Source: Podarcis filfolensis (lineage: Eukaryota). Taken from it: 64,000 bases of DNA. Below are positions 26,501 through 39,556 of the stretch, one piece after another. The stretch lies in assembly GCA_964270895.1 (NCBI GenBank), contig OZ185443.1; one strand, 5' to 3'. Position 1 is the first letter of the stretch, and every line of letters begins with the position of its first letter. Position numbers and translations under genes: made by a program. The notes beneath the pieces were generated by a model. That model did no database searches. It was not told the DNA's origin and was given only the letters and a program-made list of their open reading frames with translations.

Positions 26501-29500
26501 GCCACAACAGAGTTTGGAAAGAACTGCAAATTGACAGTGGGTGGGAATTCACATGCTGATGTGCATGTTCAGCGAAAGAGGGCAATGCGGGTCAGCCTGC
26601 ATGTTCAGGATGTGGCAGGCGGTCTCTGCGCAAGGCTGCAGGGCACAGCCATACTCCTGCATTGTATGCAGACTGTGTAGATATGCTCTGGCTACTATGC
26701 CCTCTGCACATCTTGGGGACTGTGCCCCCTACTGTTCAGTAACAGCAAGTGTGACTAAAGGGTGAATGCAATTGTTGGGGGGGGGAGAAACACCCCCCCC
26801 CCAAATATATTCTTTGGCCACTTTGTGAGAATGTCAGTGGGTTTAAAAAGGACTGAGGAGGACTACGTTCCCTCCACCCATCAAATGTCACCATGGTTAA
26901 ATCAAAATGACCTTTAAGTTACCATTTTTCTTGTTAAGTGCCCTCCCATTTCTGTAGTTGATAAAGGACTGATTTTGTGCAAAATCACTTAGGGGTGAAA
27001 GTGATGCAAGCCCTCACCAAGAGGCCACGGGTTAATTTATAGTGATACTGAAGTGGGGATTAGCAACATCTAAACTAGTTTACTCCCCACTCATCAAGAT
27101 TATTTAAATGTGATGAAGTCACACTTGCCCTCTTGAATGGGTCACATGGAGAGACCCTCATTTGGGGAAATAAATAGAGACTGAGTTCCTTAATCAGAGG
27201 AAGCAGACTAGAATCTCCAGTTCATATGCAGGCCACGAAGAGTGTGCAAACTGCTGTAGTGAAGGTACAGATACCCCCCCTTACAGGGCTAGCTCACCCA
27301 AGCAAGCTAAAACGCAACTATTTGCTCTGAAATATGTTGCCCCCTTTTGAACCTTGATGCCCAGTTGCTTCACTCCTTTTCATTTCAGGCATACTCCTCC
27401 CCACAAGCCCCTCTGACAAGTAGGTTCCTCTTCTTGCTTATGCAAAGCAACCCATTTTGCAAACTGAGCACTCACCCACCGTTTTTTGAACTGCTACACT
27501 CGACTCCCAAGTGCCATAGTAGTTAATGCCAACTCACCCAAGATCACTTCTGGTGGGCGATAATGCCGAGTGGCCACAATAGTGGTGTGATGCTCATGAT
27601 CAAACGTGGCACTCCCAAAGTCCGCTACTCGGATGCACGTGTTTCTGACAGACTTTTCCTCGCAGCTCTGTAATGCAGAAGACATACCCATGGTTACTGA
27701 GCTGCCTTTGAAAAGGTAGAGAGTTCCAGACAGAAGGCCCTGCAGCCTTCAGTGGGCCTTTCCTTTCAAAAATGAAGGAACTGTAAGTCTACAGTCTTGG
27801 TGTTGTACATTCAAAAAAGCCAACGCACCGCGTACCAAGGAGCCCAGATTTCAGAAGTTGGAGGGTGTAACCCGTCCCATTCTCCAATTTCTGGGTGATC
27901 TGAGATGCTGAATGTGATCCTTGCCACCAGTTCCTCAGCTGCACCCACTTCCCAATACTCCTCCCCTATCTTTCATTCAAAAAGGACAGGCTATTCTGCA
28001 ACTTAAGCCATCCTGAGCCCGGTCTTGGCTGGGGAGGACGGAGTATAAATAAAAATTTATTATTATTATTATTATTAACTTCTATGCTCTTAGGTGTAAC
28101 CCACCTTTTTCTCGTTGTACAAGGTATCAAATTCTGAGTTTACAAACAGTATGTTTTCAGGTTTGAGGTCAGTGTGAGTTAGCTGGTTGTCATGAAGAAC
28201 TACAGAAAAATGGGAGAGAAAAAAAGAGGTTTTAAGAGGCCTGACATTCCTGCTATACACTTTGGCTCTCAAGCAAAGCCTATCTCAACAGATGTTAAAC
28301 AGGACTAAATAGAAGTATAGAATCAAGATTCTGCAGACCCGAATGTTCCAGTGATTTATATGGGTATATAAATGATTTAAATAAATGCTCATAAAAGGTT
28401 GTGGGAAGGCAATATAAACTTTGCCTTCAAGTTTATATTGCCTTCCCAACTTCCAAGATATTGAAACAGCATTAAGGTGGAAGCGAAGAAACTTTCGAAC
28501 AGGCTCCCCCCGCCGTCCTCTTTTCCCAAGCAAGCAGAGCACGTGCCATACTTACACTTCAAGGCATGGCACAGCTGGTAGGCCATGTGTCGGATGTGGG
28601 AGAGAGGGTATGGCTGGAAGTTATTCTCCTTCAAGAATTCAAATGTGTTCTTGCCCAGGAGTTCAAAAGCAATGCACATGTGACCATGGAAGTTGAACCA
28701 ATCCGACATCAGGACACACAGGCTGGGCCAGTGGAGAGAAAAAACACACCGTAGCTGTAATTGTGGCTCTTGAGGTCACACTGCCCATTCCCTTCCCTCG
28801 CTGAGGCTAGACTTGGGGGCCACATAGATGATTGCCTGTCTCATCCTGTTCTAGAATCATTTGGAGTTGCCTTTCAAATTCCATCCTCAGGCCACCCCTC
28901 ACCCAGCAGGGCCCAACACACAACAGCACAGCCAGCGGCCCCATCAGTGTGAGTGGCAGGCCTGGGGGAAATGGGGGTGCAGGGAACACAGCTATCAGGG
29001 GATTCTTCCTTCTCTTAAAGGAGGATAAAGATGTACATAACAGATGTATAACAGAGAATGTTAATGTTTGCACCTGCTTGAAAATCCATGAGTCTGAGAG
29101 TGGAAGCCCTGTTGAAAGCATCTGGGTAAGGATAGAGAGAGAAACAAAAATGACATTGTTGTGGCAGTATACTACAGACCTCTCAGCTGAGCAGAAGATA
29201 TGGGTGATGGTTTCTTTAAACACATTACAAAATGGTCACATAAGTGAACAATAGCAATAATGGGGGATTCCAACTATTCTGGCCCCCCTTGGAAGTCTAA
29301 CTCTGCTAAGAATGGAATGTCCAATATATCCTTGCCATGCCCTGCCAACAACAGCATCTTTCAGAAGGCAAAGAAAGGAACAAGGGTATTATAATTCTGT
29401 ACTTTATCGTAACCCACAAGGGAGAACTGGAGTGAAAGCAGCAGGAACCTTGAGGAGAAGATGACCATAGCATCTTGGAATTTGTGATGGCAAAGGATGT

Positions 29501-32500
29501 AAAAATTGAGTGTAGCAGATTTCAAAAATCAAAGAAAGTAATTGGGTGGGAATTCTAAAATCCATGGCTAGAAATTCTAAAGGAGGGAGGAGCTCCAAGA
29601 GGCATGGGGCATTTAAAAAACTGAAATACTGAAGGTACAACAGCAAACAATTCCAATGAGAAAGAAAAATGGGAGACATCTAAAGAAGCCATTGTGGCTG
29701 CACAAGGAGCTTTCTCATTATCTGAGATTTTAAAAGGACACGCTTCACTTGAGAATTGGAAATATAAGCAATGACGAAAGTGATACAGTAGCATGGTATC
29801 AGAAAGGCTAAAGCCTAGCATTGCCTGAGATCTACAATGGATGCTAATAACATTTTTAAAAGGGCTTTTTGGCTACATTCAGAGCAAGAAGAAAAAGAAA
29901 ATTTGCTGCTTGAGAGCAGACAGTGAGATGTTAATAGGTGACAGAGTTAAGGTAGAACTACTCAACTTCTGTTCCACCTCAGTCTTCTCCTGCAGTGGGA
30001 ATGTTAGAGCAAATGATACGAGGAGGCACAAGCAGCTCAGGGTAAGTAAGGAGATAAGAGAACATTTAGCTACTTCAAATGAATTCAAGTCTCCAGGGTC
30101 ACATCCTGGAGGTGCTTGCCGATAATTCTTTTGAGAATTCTTAAAGAACAGGCCAGTTTCTGAAGACTGGAAATGGGCAAATGTTGTTGCCATCTTCAAA
30201 AGAGGTGGCCAGCCTAATGCTGAAACTAGGCAAAATTCCAAAAGCTGGTCTATGAGTGTCTAAAAAAATATGCACTGATTACGACAAGTCAGCATGGGAT
30301 CCATCCTGTTCAAAAAATTTTAATATGACTTGAAGATGTAGAGGGAATGCTGATTAAATTTGCAATGGCATGAAGCTGGGAGGGTCAGCTAACATCACCA
30401 GCAAACAGGCTTGAGATTCAAAAGTATCTTGCCAGGCTGGAACACTGGGCTGAAACCAGCAAGATGAAATCTGAGGTCTGCCCTCAAGTTTCACTTAACA
30501 CGTGTTCAGATGAATGCCTGCACGTGGCTATAGTTCCAATATATTCTGCACTGGTCAGACTACACACCTGGAATACTGTCTCCAGTTCCAGGCATATTTT
30601 AATGAGAAATTAGAGCCTGTCCAGAGGAGGGCAATCATGATGTTGAGGGGGTCTTGAATCCAAGCCCTATGAGAGTGTGGGGGGAAGCTGTGGATAACAT
30701 TGAAGTACAACCCTCACCATCCCTGACCACCGGCCATGCAGGGGGCGGGGCGCTGATGGGACTGAACAACATGGGGAGGACTGAAGACTTCCCCAGCCCT
30801 GTCCTACGAAGAATGGTGGAAGAAGCTGGGGAGGTTTAAGGGGAGACAGGATAGCTATTTTCAAATATATAAAAGGCTGCCATGCAGAAGATAGAGCAAG
30901 CAAGGGGACGAAACTAGAACTAGTGGGTGGAAACTGCAGGGAAGGAGGTTTGGCTGAACATGAGAAGAAACCACTTAAGAGCGACAGCTCATAGACTGTG
31001 GAACAGGCTGCCCTGAGATGTGGAGGCTCTCCTTTGTGGGAGATGCTAATCAGACGCTTGGGTGGGCATGTGTCAGACATGAGCTAGTTGCATCCTGTAC
31101 TACAGATCTTGCATTGAGCAGGGCTTGGACTAGACAATGACTATGTACGTTCCTCCAAAACTGAATTTTCATCCTGTGACTTCCCGCTCCCGCCCCCCCC
31201 CCCCCGGGATGCATAAGCACCAAGCCCTAACCCAGGCAGTTAAATATCTATGTTTCAAAGCAATTAACAGAACTGCACTAACCAGTTCTAGTTGCCAACT
31301 ATTCCTGAGGGGAGAGGGAAGGTGGTGATCCTCTGCTTCCCCTGCAGTGGGCAGAGCTGGTTGCTTTCATGTTCTACCACACTGAGCAGACTGACCAGAG
31401 TTCACACCTGGACCCTTCCTTTAGGAAAGCAGTAGCCAACCTCAACCCAATCCCAATGGCAAAACTTACTGTTTATTTTCTTTGTCTTTTTCTTTAATTT
31501 TCTTTAGGACGTTAATTTCTAGTCTGGCTGCTTCACGGTATTTGCCAACATTTCGAATAATTTTCAGAGCTACCAGAGACTTGCCTCTACAGAAGGGGAG
31601 GCAGGCAGGGGAAAAAATTGAGTAATGAGATATAAGGAACAACAGCAGAGATCTCTGCAACAGAATTCAAGCCTAACTCTTGGTCACACCATAAAATCCT
31701 GAAGGGAGAGGAATCAACTCCAACCCCTTCTTTGTAATTGCTCCCCATGGAGCCAAAGGTTAAAGAAAGAAAAAAGAAGTAAAGCATTCATCATTGTATT
31801 CTCTAGTAAAGGTCCTGGATGTGACTACAGTTTGAAAGGAGGACCCAGGCTTTAACTTTCTCTCCTGCTCATTACTCATGGGTTGGATCCAGACTAAGTG
31901 AGCTGAACTCAGTTCCCACTAAAATCAATGAAAGAAGTTAGCCATCAGTCCTACTGATTTAATTGGGCATTCAGTTCAATTAACTCAGTCTGGATTCAAT
32001 CCAATAGGGTCACATCTGGTACAGCCAGGCCTATAGAGCTTAAGTGAGCCAGGGAACATATTTCATACTCTTTTCATGGCAGGGAAGCACTTGCAGATAG
32101 AATGAGAACGGATTATTGTCCAGGTCCTCATGCCACTTGCAACCGCTGACCTGCCACAAGACTTTTTTGCTCAGAACTGTTACACACAGTTTGTGTTATT
32201 GTCTTGGTTGTCTAGGGTTTAACTTGGTTATAACATATACAGCTGATCCGCTGTTTTAATGTTGCTCTTTGGTTCTATTTGTTGTTTTAATAAGGATAAT
32301 CATTAGGCAGGAATTAAAAGCAGTGCAGAAACAGTGCACAAGGGGAGTGGGAACCAACCCAGATATTCTCTACCCCCACCATTCAACTAAGTTTTATTCA
32401 CAGTAGAGTCACTGAAATTTATAAACCTCATTTTGTCATGTTCATTAATTTAAATAGGTTCACTACCCACAATTCTTACCTGGAAAGGGCTCATTAACTA

Positions 32501-35500
32501 CTATCTACCCCACACCAACTTCTCTCAAGTTCTGGAGCTCGGGGCCACAATCCTCTTTTAGCCTCAAGCCAAACCAATTAATCCCAATATTCCTTGGCAT
32601 AAGATCAGCAGGACAGCTTACCTGGCGTGGTCCACACACTCCACAACTTTGCCAAATGTGCCTTCGCCCAGGCTCCCCACAATTTCATCTAGGAGAGAAA
32701 ACAAAAGCAGATGTGAGCCCTGGAGACTTAATGAGTGTGTGAGGTCCTGCAATTTCAAAGCATTCAAGTCTCAAGAAAGGCTCTCACTGCTACACTCTTT
32801 AACACACAATTGTCTACTTCCTGTTTCAAGTATTTACTGTTCAGTCCATTTATAAGCAATAAACACTAGAGACCCCTCCCGTACACTGAGAGCGATCTCG
32901 TCTAACATGGGGATAGAAAGTAGAGAGGTAAAGTTTTACGAAAGGTGGCTGTACATCGCTCATGGAGCCAATCGCCGATCCTGCACACCAGGTGACCTTC
33001 TTTGTCATCTTCCACGCTCCTGCTGCGCTTATTGCTCTGTTGGCTTCTCTGCACACACCGCCCCCCGAAACGCCATCCGACCAATCGCACACAGCGGGCA
33101 GTTCCGATTGGCAGATTGAGTTGTCATTCAGAGGCGGAGAGACGACGATGCGTCGGTGGTTGGATTTTCCAGATCCCAGCATTTCATAAGGCACACAGCA
33201 TATATAACGATAGGGATATTGCAAGGGACACGTCAAGACACAAACCGACTTCAAAACAAAAGTTTAAAAAACAGCTACAGGTATGTAAAGAAACTCTGAT
33301 TAGCTATGGAAGGCAGGCAGGCAGGCGCAGGAGCCTCGCAGCAGCAGCAGAACCACGCGGTCCTCGTGTGGGGAGCAGCGGCTGGGATGCTCCAGCCCCT
33401 GGGCACCCTCCTCCCACAGAGAATTACCATCCCTTCTTAACCACCAGGGAAAGACACAGCAAGCAGCGCAGAGAGGAGGACTCAAGGACAGTAGCTTCTC
33501 CACCAGCATCTGGGACGACAGGCAGCCCAAAGGCAGTTGGGTCAGCAGAAGTCTAAGCAGCTCCCTTCCCCACCCCAGGCCGCCTCCTCCTCTTCCTCCC
33601 ATGAAGCCTCTCTCCCTGCCTGCCAGTTTCTGTAAAGTCCCTCTGATTCCAGCATGATCGGATTTGGATGTCGCTGCCTGAAAGAAACCACTACAGATCT
33701 GACCCTTCTATGTGCTTGCAAGTCTGACCTGTGCCAGATCGGTTTGCTTTCACTTCTGAGCTGGAATCAAGCCTAGAAGAACTCTAGAAGCAGTGGCTGT
33801 GTCCTGATTCGGAATCAAGTATGTCTTGTGTTGCTGGCAAGCATTGTGCGAAGCATCAAAATCCAAGTAGACGACCCACCCCCCAGGAAAACATCTCGCT
33901 TTCTCAAAGAGAAGGAGGGGATGCAAAATCAACCTGGCATTGCTACTCACTTCTAGTGAAGTGGGGAAGGTGGGGGAGAACAGTCAAGTAACCTGAAGGG
34001 TTCCACTACCATGAAGAATTATTCCAATCCCTGATCCCCCCCCACTCCACTTTTAACCTTTCAAAATGCAACGAAGTGCAGTCTCCCAAGGCTGAGTTGC
34101 AAAAATAGGTTACAGACTCCAGGCCTGCACTTCTTTTCCTCTCCCATTCCCTTCCACTGTAGAACAAACCACATACAAATCCTAAAAGAGACTGTCTGAA
34201 ATGGAGAGAAGTTGAGACAAGACCCTAAAAGAAGGTGTACAATATTGAAACAGTTTAAGCCACGCCAACCACTGTACTGTACCCTTAGCACTGTACAAAC
34301 ATAACTTTGGGATAAATTCCAAGAACAGGAATGAGGGGGAAAGAGTGGGGTTAAATGAGATTAACCTCAGCTTTACAACATAAGCAAGCTTAACTGAAAA
34401 ACAGAGGAATAGAAGAGATTGTAGTGTGTTCCAGACCAACAACAGAACTCATATTACATCAACGTGCACAAAATTGCACATTGATTAGAGCACTGACAGG
34501 TCTGTGACTCAGTGAAGCAAAACTGGGTGTGTGCTTCAAGGCTCATTCCTCTCGGGTTTCTTTCCACTTTTTTCTTTGTGGTTGGGGTGAGTGAATGGGC
34601 AAGCTGCTTGGGAATTCTAACAAAAAAATTATATTAACAAAGGAAGATGATATGCGTATGTGCTGCAATCCAAAAATCCCCCCCCCACCTGAAGCCAGTA
34701 CAATCTGCCATCCAACAAGTGATATGCAGTCCACCAGCCATATATGGAGACCTGACTGGTACTCTTCATGTCCCCTCTCTTGGGGGTGCATTCAGCCTCT
34801 CTTGGGCTGCCATATACAACTTGTGGGCTGCAGCGACACAAGTTGTGCAGACTTGCTACCGTGTGAGGAAGGCACCATCTTATACCAGAACTGTTCACCC
34901 ATGAAGGGTCTTAGAGAGGAGAGGAAGGTCTGTGAGTGTAAAAGTCCTGAGAAATTAGTCTAACACAGCTTGACCTGGCCCTAGGAAGGAGAGGGTGCTG
35001 GCAGAAATGGCCTCTCCAAAGCAGCTGCAAAGGCAAGACTGCTCTGTGCCCCTGAACACAACCGCTGAGCAACACAGGATGTGAAAGTCAAGAGCAGAGG
35101 GTCATGTGTGCAAAACAAAGGGTGTGGCACAGCCATTCTGAGCCATGTGCACAAACGTCCCCCCTCACCCGCACATTGTCACTGATGCCATGTTTGGCTT
35201 CTCTCCCTCCCAATGCATCCTGAGAAACACACATGAGTCTCAGACGCTAAAATTATTCACAGCTGCATCATCAAGACTAAGAACAGCTAATATAACCAGT
35301 TATCACACAAGCAGAAGAAAAACATAACTCTGCATTGAGGAGAAAGACAGGGGATTAGAAGTACTCACCCAGTATGATTCAAAGCTGGAAAAAAGCTACA
35401 AGTTAGTTAGGCCCTGACCAATCCTGATCTCATTTTGGATGATACTCACCGAGGAGGTACTGCTACAAGACCTGGTCCTGCGTTTCCGGCAGCGATGCTG

Positions 35501-36303
35501 GTGCTTCCTTGTCCGGTGGCGCTCTCTGTCTCGAGATCTCCGGTGGTGCCGTGAATGGCGTGCAGCGTAATAGTCTTCTCCAAAAGATGAGCTCCGCTCT
35601 TCAAACCTGTAGACATCACTGTCATCTCTGTCTCTGTATCTTCTCTGGTAGGGCATTCTCTCATGGCTGTGTGACAAATAAAAACCTGTGATTAGGAAAT
35701 GGGAAAGGTGCCCTGGGGGTGGGGGTGGGGGACAGGAATCTGTGCAGCAACCCCAGTGCAGTGCTGTGTGTAACCTATGTGGATGGATTTCCCCCCTAAA
35801 TTGATTTTTGAATACTGAATTTATTGTTATTCATGCTTTATGCTGTTTTTTGTTGCATCAATTAAGTGTTTTAAATTTGTTGTTAGCCACCCTGAGCCTG
35901 GTTTTTTGAACCGGGAAGGGCGGGGTATAAATAAAATTTTTTTATTATTATTATTAACCTGCACTAGACACTGCTTTCTGTCATTTCACTGCAGGGCACA
36001 AAGAGAGTCTTGTGGTAGCTACAGGGGTAGCTACACAGGACTAGAAGGGATCTGGATATCTACAATTCCAATTTAGAAGGACCATTTAGTACCAAAGCAA
36101 GCATTCACCATGTGGGTATGACTGCTTGTTCCAAGATAATCTCTTGCTCACCTTCTAGACCGTGACCTCCTTGACAGATCCCGGCGAACTGGGTATCGTG
36201 TTCTTCCATCATGTTGCTCCCTGCTGCAAGACCGCCTCCTCTTCCACCTGTGGCTCATGTAGGGGTCCTGCTCTGGGGAGCGGTAGCGCTTACAGTGATG
36301 CAT
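23327..36303 (-). CDS. CLK3: CDC-like kinase 3, whole CDS: complement(join(23327..23512,24750..24840,25152..25231,26067..26149,27538..27667,28105..28199,28556..28722,31470..31586,32622..32688,32955..33048,35450..35666,36152..36303)), 1479 nt, 492 aa
   Basis: RS-rich N-terminus [11 protein letters not shown]. Kinase motifs [28 protein letters not shown] and the LAMMER-type [11 protein letters not shown] are present. All 12 exons are GT-AG with compatible phases. Confidence 0.97.
24750..24840 (-). CDS. CLK3: CLK3 exon 12
   Basis: [30 protein letters not shown]. Confidence 0.96.
25152..25231 (-). CDS. CLK3: CLK3 exon 11 (LAMMER motif)
   Basis: [27 protein letters not shown]. Confidence 0.96.
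26067..26149 (-). CDS. CLK3: CLK3 exon 10
   Basis: [27 protein letters not shown]. Confidence 0.96.
27538..27667 (-). CDS. CLK3: CLK3 exon 9 (DFG, activation segment)
   Basis: [43 protein letters not shown]. Confidence 0.96.
28105..28199 (-). CDS. CLK3: CLK3 exon 8 (catalytic loop)
   Basis: [31 protein letters not shown]. Confidence 0.96.
28556..28722 (-). CDS. CLK3: CLK3 exon 7
   Basis: [23 protein letters not shown] to LCHALK. Confidence 0.96.
29850..31130 (+). mobile_element. Old, heavily deleted CR1 LINE remnant (limits approximate)
   Basis: Degenerate CR1 ORF2 segments (gaagactggaaatgggcaaatgttg, gtccagaggagggcaatcatgatg) and 3' end (gggcttggactag). Confidence 0.65.
31470..31586 (-). 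CDS. CLK3: CLK3 exon 6
   Basis: [27 protein letters not shown]. Confidence 0.96.
32622..32688 (-). CDS. CLK3: CLK3 exon 5 (glycine-rich loop)
   Basis: [22 protein letters not shown]. Confidence 0.96.
32955..33048 (-). CDS. CLK3: CLK3 exon 4 (94-nt frame-shifting cassette)
   Basis: [31 protein letters not shown]; weak acceptor gtgtgtgcag, donor T|gtacag. Confidence 0.93.
35450..35666 (-). CDS. CLK3: CLK3 exon 3 (RS-rich)
   Basis: [12 protein letters not shown] to [10 protein letters not shown]|gtgagt. Confidence 0.95.
36152..36303 (-). CDS. CLK3: CLK3 coding exon 1 (exon 2)
   Basis: Acceptor tag immediately precedes ATG ([20 protein letters not shown]); donor AG|gtgagc. Confidence 0.95.
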
Positions 36304-39102
36304 CTAGACATACAAGGAAGGCACCTATATGAACACCAGAACAACCTCTCCAGCAAAACAAACTCATCCCGGCAATCTTCAGCAATCTTGGCCCACAACG
36401 TTTCACCACCTTTTACAAGCCTCCCAAATCTTGCTGTATCTTAAACATCATGTTTTAAAAATACCTCTAAGAGAACCAGGCCGGTGTGCTATGAAACACA
36501 GGAATGGTCATTTCAGTGGCACTAAAAGGGCCTTTGTGACATAATCAACAGCTTCACCAAGAGCTATCTAGTTAAAGGAATACTACCTATTTACCCCCAA
36601 CCCATTTAGAAAAGTCATAAAGTATACATGGGAAACGTCAGTAAGAGAGGCATACTTTCAGTCTGATTGCCGTAAGATGAGCAGTGCAAAGGGGCTGCCA
36701 CTTTGGAATTCGTTTCTCACCAGCAATCCTATTTTAGAAGTTATGCTTATGCAAAGAGCTTTTAGGACTGCAGGTTAGATCAGTTTCGTTACCGCCTCTA
36801 CCAGCTTCTGAGAGCATTTCTTACGAACCCTGCAATTACAGACTAATACTGCCAAGCCTCATGAAATAAAATAAACTGGATTTAAAGCATTTTTATCCTA
36901 GCTATTTTCTCAATATTATTTACAGCATATTGACAGATTGAACAAATGTATATCCCACCTTTCCCAACAGTTCAAGAGGTACAAAATGATTGTTCATTTA
37001 CTGCCCTGCAGTCCGTGCACATTTCTCAACATGGGAGGTTACACCATAACGGTATACGTTGCTAGAGATGGGAAGGCCTGGGGGAAAAACAGAAAAATTG
37101 GGGGGGGGGGAATCTGGGTTTTTTTTCCATTTTCCCAAAGCTGTTTTCCTCCGGAAAAAATGGAAAAAAAAGTTTGATATAGTTTGAATATTCCACACTC
37201 CCCCCTCATTTTCCTGTTTTTTTCTAGGCCTTCTCATCTCTATGTTTGACATCTGTACATTATTGAGTTTCAAATGCTTCCTAACCTGCAATTTTGTGTT
37301 TTGCTAAACAAGATGAAATGCAAGTGTAAATTGTAGATAGATCCTACTTATTAAAGGGTGTGAAATAAGTTGTCTCTTTTAAACACAGCACTTGTTTCAC
37401 TTTCCACACTATCTAGGATTATGTCATCTCTACGAAGTTACCAGAAAATAAACGCTTGAGCAAATATTAAATAGATGCCTGAATTGGAACACATGGCAAA
37501 AAAAGTTCATTTCCCACTCAACGAGGATATGCTGGTCACAAAGGGCGGTTCTTTAGTTATCAATATAACTTAGAAATCTAATGTCTGCCCAAGTACATAC
37601 AATTGGAGTTCCCATGTATGTGCATTAGCAGCCGAAGAGAACAGAATGTTGGCTATAGAATTTAGTAAATTTTGAATGTTTCTTTGGGCAACTTCACTTA
37701 ATGCTTTGAGCTTCCCATCAACTTGTGTCCTTTCCCTCTACTGGCTATTTTTGTTTAATAAAGGTGAACCTTTAATAATGAGTTGAAAATCAATCTGCTT
37801 TAATTTAAATGATTGCCGTGGCTATTTTATAGAGGTTTCTACATTCAAAAAATAAAATGTTTCTCAGTAATATTATTTATAAAAAAATTATATACTGCTA
37901 ATTTACAAAACATATCAAAGCAGTTTACAACATTAAACGATAAAAGCCATACAATAAAAGCACAAAAAATAAAAACAAGTTAAAAGCAAAAAAGGTTAAA
38001 AGCAAGTATCAATAAACCATTGTGGGAGATGTACTCTTAATTGCCTGCATAGGCCTGGCGGAATAATAAAGTTTTCAGCAGACATTTAAAAGTTGGCATA
38101 GAAGACACCCACTAAATCTCTATTGGTAGGGTGTTCCACAAGATGGGGCAGGTGACACTAAAAGCTTGGTTTCTCACTGTTGTCAAACAAGCTTTGCCAA
38201 CTTGGGGAAAGACCAAGGAAAGATGATCCTGCAAATTGAGCTGAGCTATAATCAGACCTGAGGTACCCTGGACCTAAGCTGTTCAGGGCTTTGTAAATTA
38301 ATACAAGAACCTTGAACCTGGCTCAGTAGTAAATTGTCAGCTAGTGCAGCTGTTTAAACAATTGTGTCTCATGTTCTCGGCCAGAGGCTCTCCATCAGCA
38401 GTCAGGCCACAGCATTCTGATGAATCTAGCTCAAAATTAAGAAAATGGATGCAAGGGGTGTTTAAGAAAGCTTGCTGCGCTTTTAGGCGATCTAGAATAT
38501 TTCCTTTGTGATCTTTTACTTTTACTGCTATCACCTATGATTTAAACTTTTTATTAAGTAAGGGCTGGAAAAAACACCTTCCTATTGAGGTACTGGGGCC
38601 AACCAGACCCCAATTAAGGGTGGTGGATTCCATAAGCTACCTTGAGTGCAGTTTCTGCTGGAAAACATGATATAAATTATTTTTAACAAATAAATAAAGG
38701 CAGCAGTAAAAAAACCCATCAAACTTAAAAGCTAACGTTTATGGCACAAGCCTTCATGAAATCAGATGAAAGCAGACTCTATTACCAGTGTTCAAAATTA
38801 ACCAGTCCTTTTTTGCGATTCAGAAGCACCACCTAGAGACCAGGCTGGTTTGCTTCTGATATCTCCTCTCTGCAGGAGAGCCAAGGGCAGTTTCTGACAG
38901 AAAGGCTTTTGAAGCGCTGAGAAGAGGGGAACCTTTCCATAAGTAAGCAAACTGGAAATAAGCTCTTTCACACAGTTGCAGGAGGCAAGATCTGGCTAAT
39001 TTTAACACTCCCCCATAGGTAATGGACTGCTTCTGTCTTGGGGGAGGCGGGAAGCAGGAGGGCTGGCTGATTATTTAAGGGGTTTCTATTTGTGATCTAA
39101 AG

Positions 39103-39238
39103 CAGTGTTCCCCAACCTTGGGCCTCCAGCTGTTTTTGGACTACAATTCCCATCATCCTTGACCACTGGTCTTGCTAGCGAGGGATGATGGGAGTTGTAG
39201 TCCAAAAACAGCTGGCGGCCCATGGTTGGGGAACACTG
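39103..39238. mobile_element. hAT-type palindromic MITE
   Basis: TIR cagtgttccccaacc / ggttggggaacactg; perfect 8-bp TSD ATCTAAAG. Confidence 0.85.
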
Positions 39239-39246
39239 ATCTAAAG

Positions 39247-39556
39247 GACACAGGTGTTGCCGTGGGTTAAACCACAGAGCCTAGGGCTTGCTGATCAGAA
39301 GGTTGGCAGTTTGAATCCCCGCGACAGGGTGAGGAAAGCACGTCAAAGTGCAAGTAGATAAATAGGTACTGCTCCGGCAGGAAGGCAAACGGCGTTTCTG
39401 TGTGCTGCTCTGGTTCACCAGAAGCGGCTTAGTCATGCTGGCCACATGACCTGGAAGCTGTACGCCGGCTCCCTCGGCCAATAAAGCGAGATGAGTGCCG
39501 CGACCCCAGAGTCGTCTGCAACTGGACCTAACGGTCAGGGGTCCCTTTCCCTTTCT
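39247..39556 (+). mobile_element. Older Sauria-type SINE with an internal deletion
   Basis: Diverged head, body (aagtgcaagtagataaataggtac) and tail. Confidence 0.75.

Noticed and set aside
13048-38423. Other CTGATGA motifs (13048, 17368, 38417) as further hammerheads
   Set aside because: None is followed by stem II, GAAA and a stem III/NUH arrangement.
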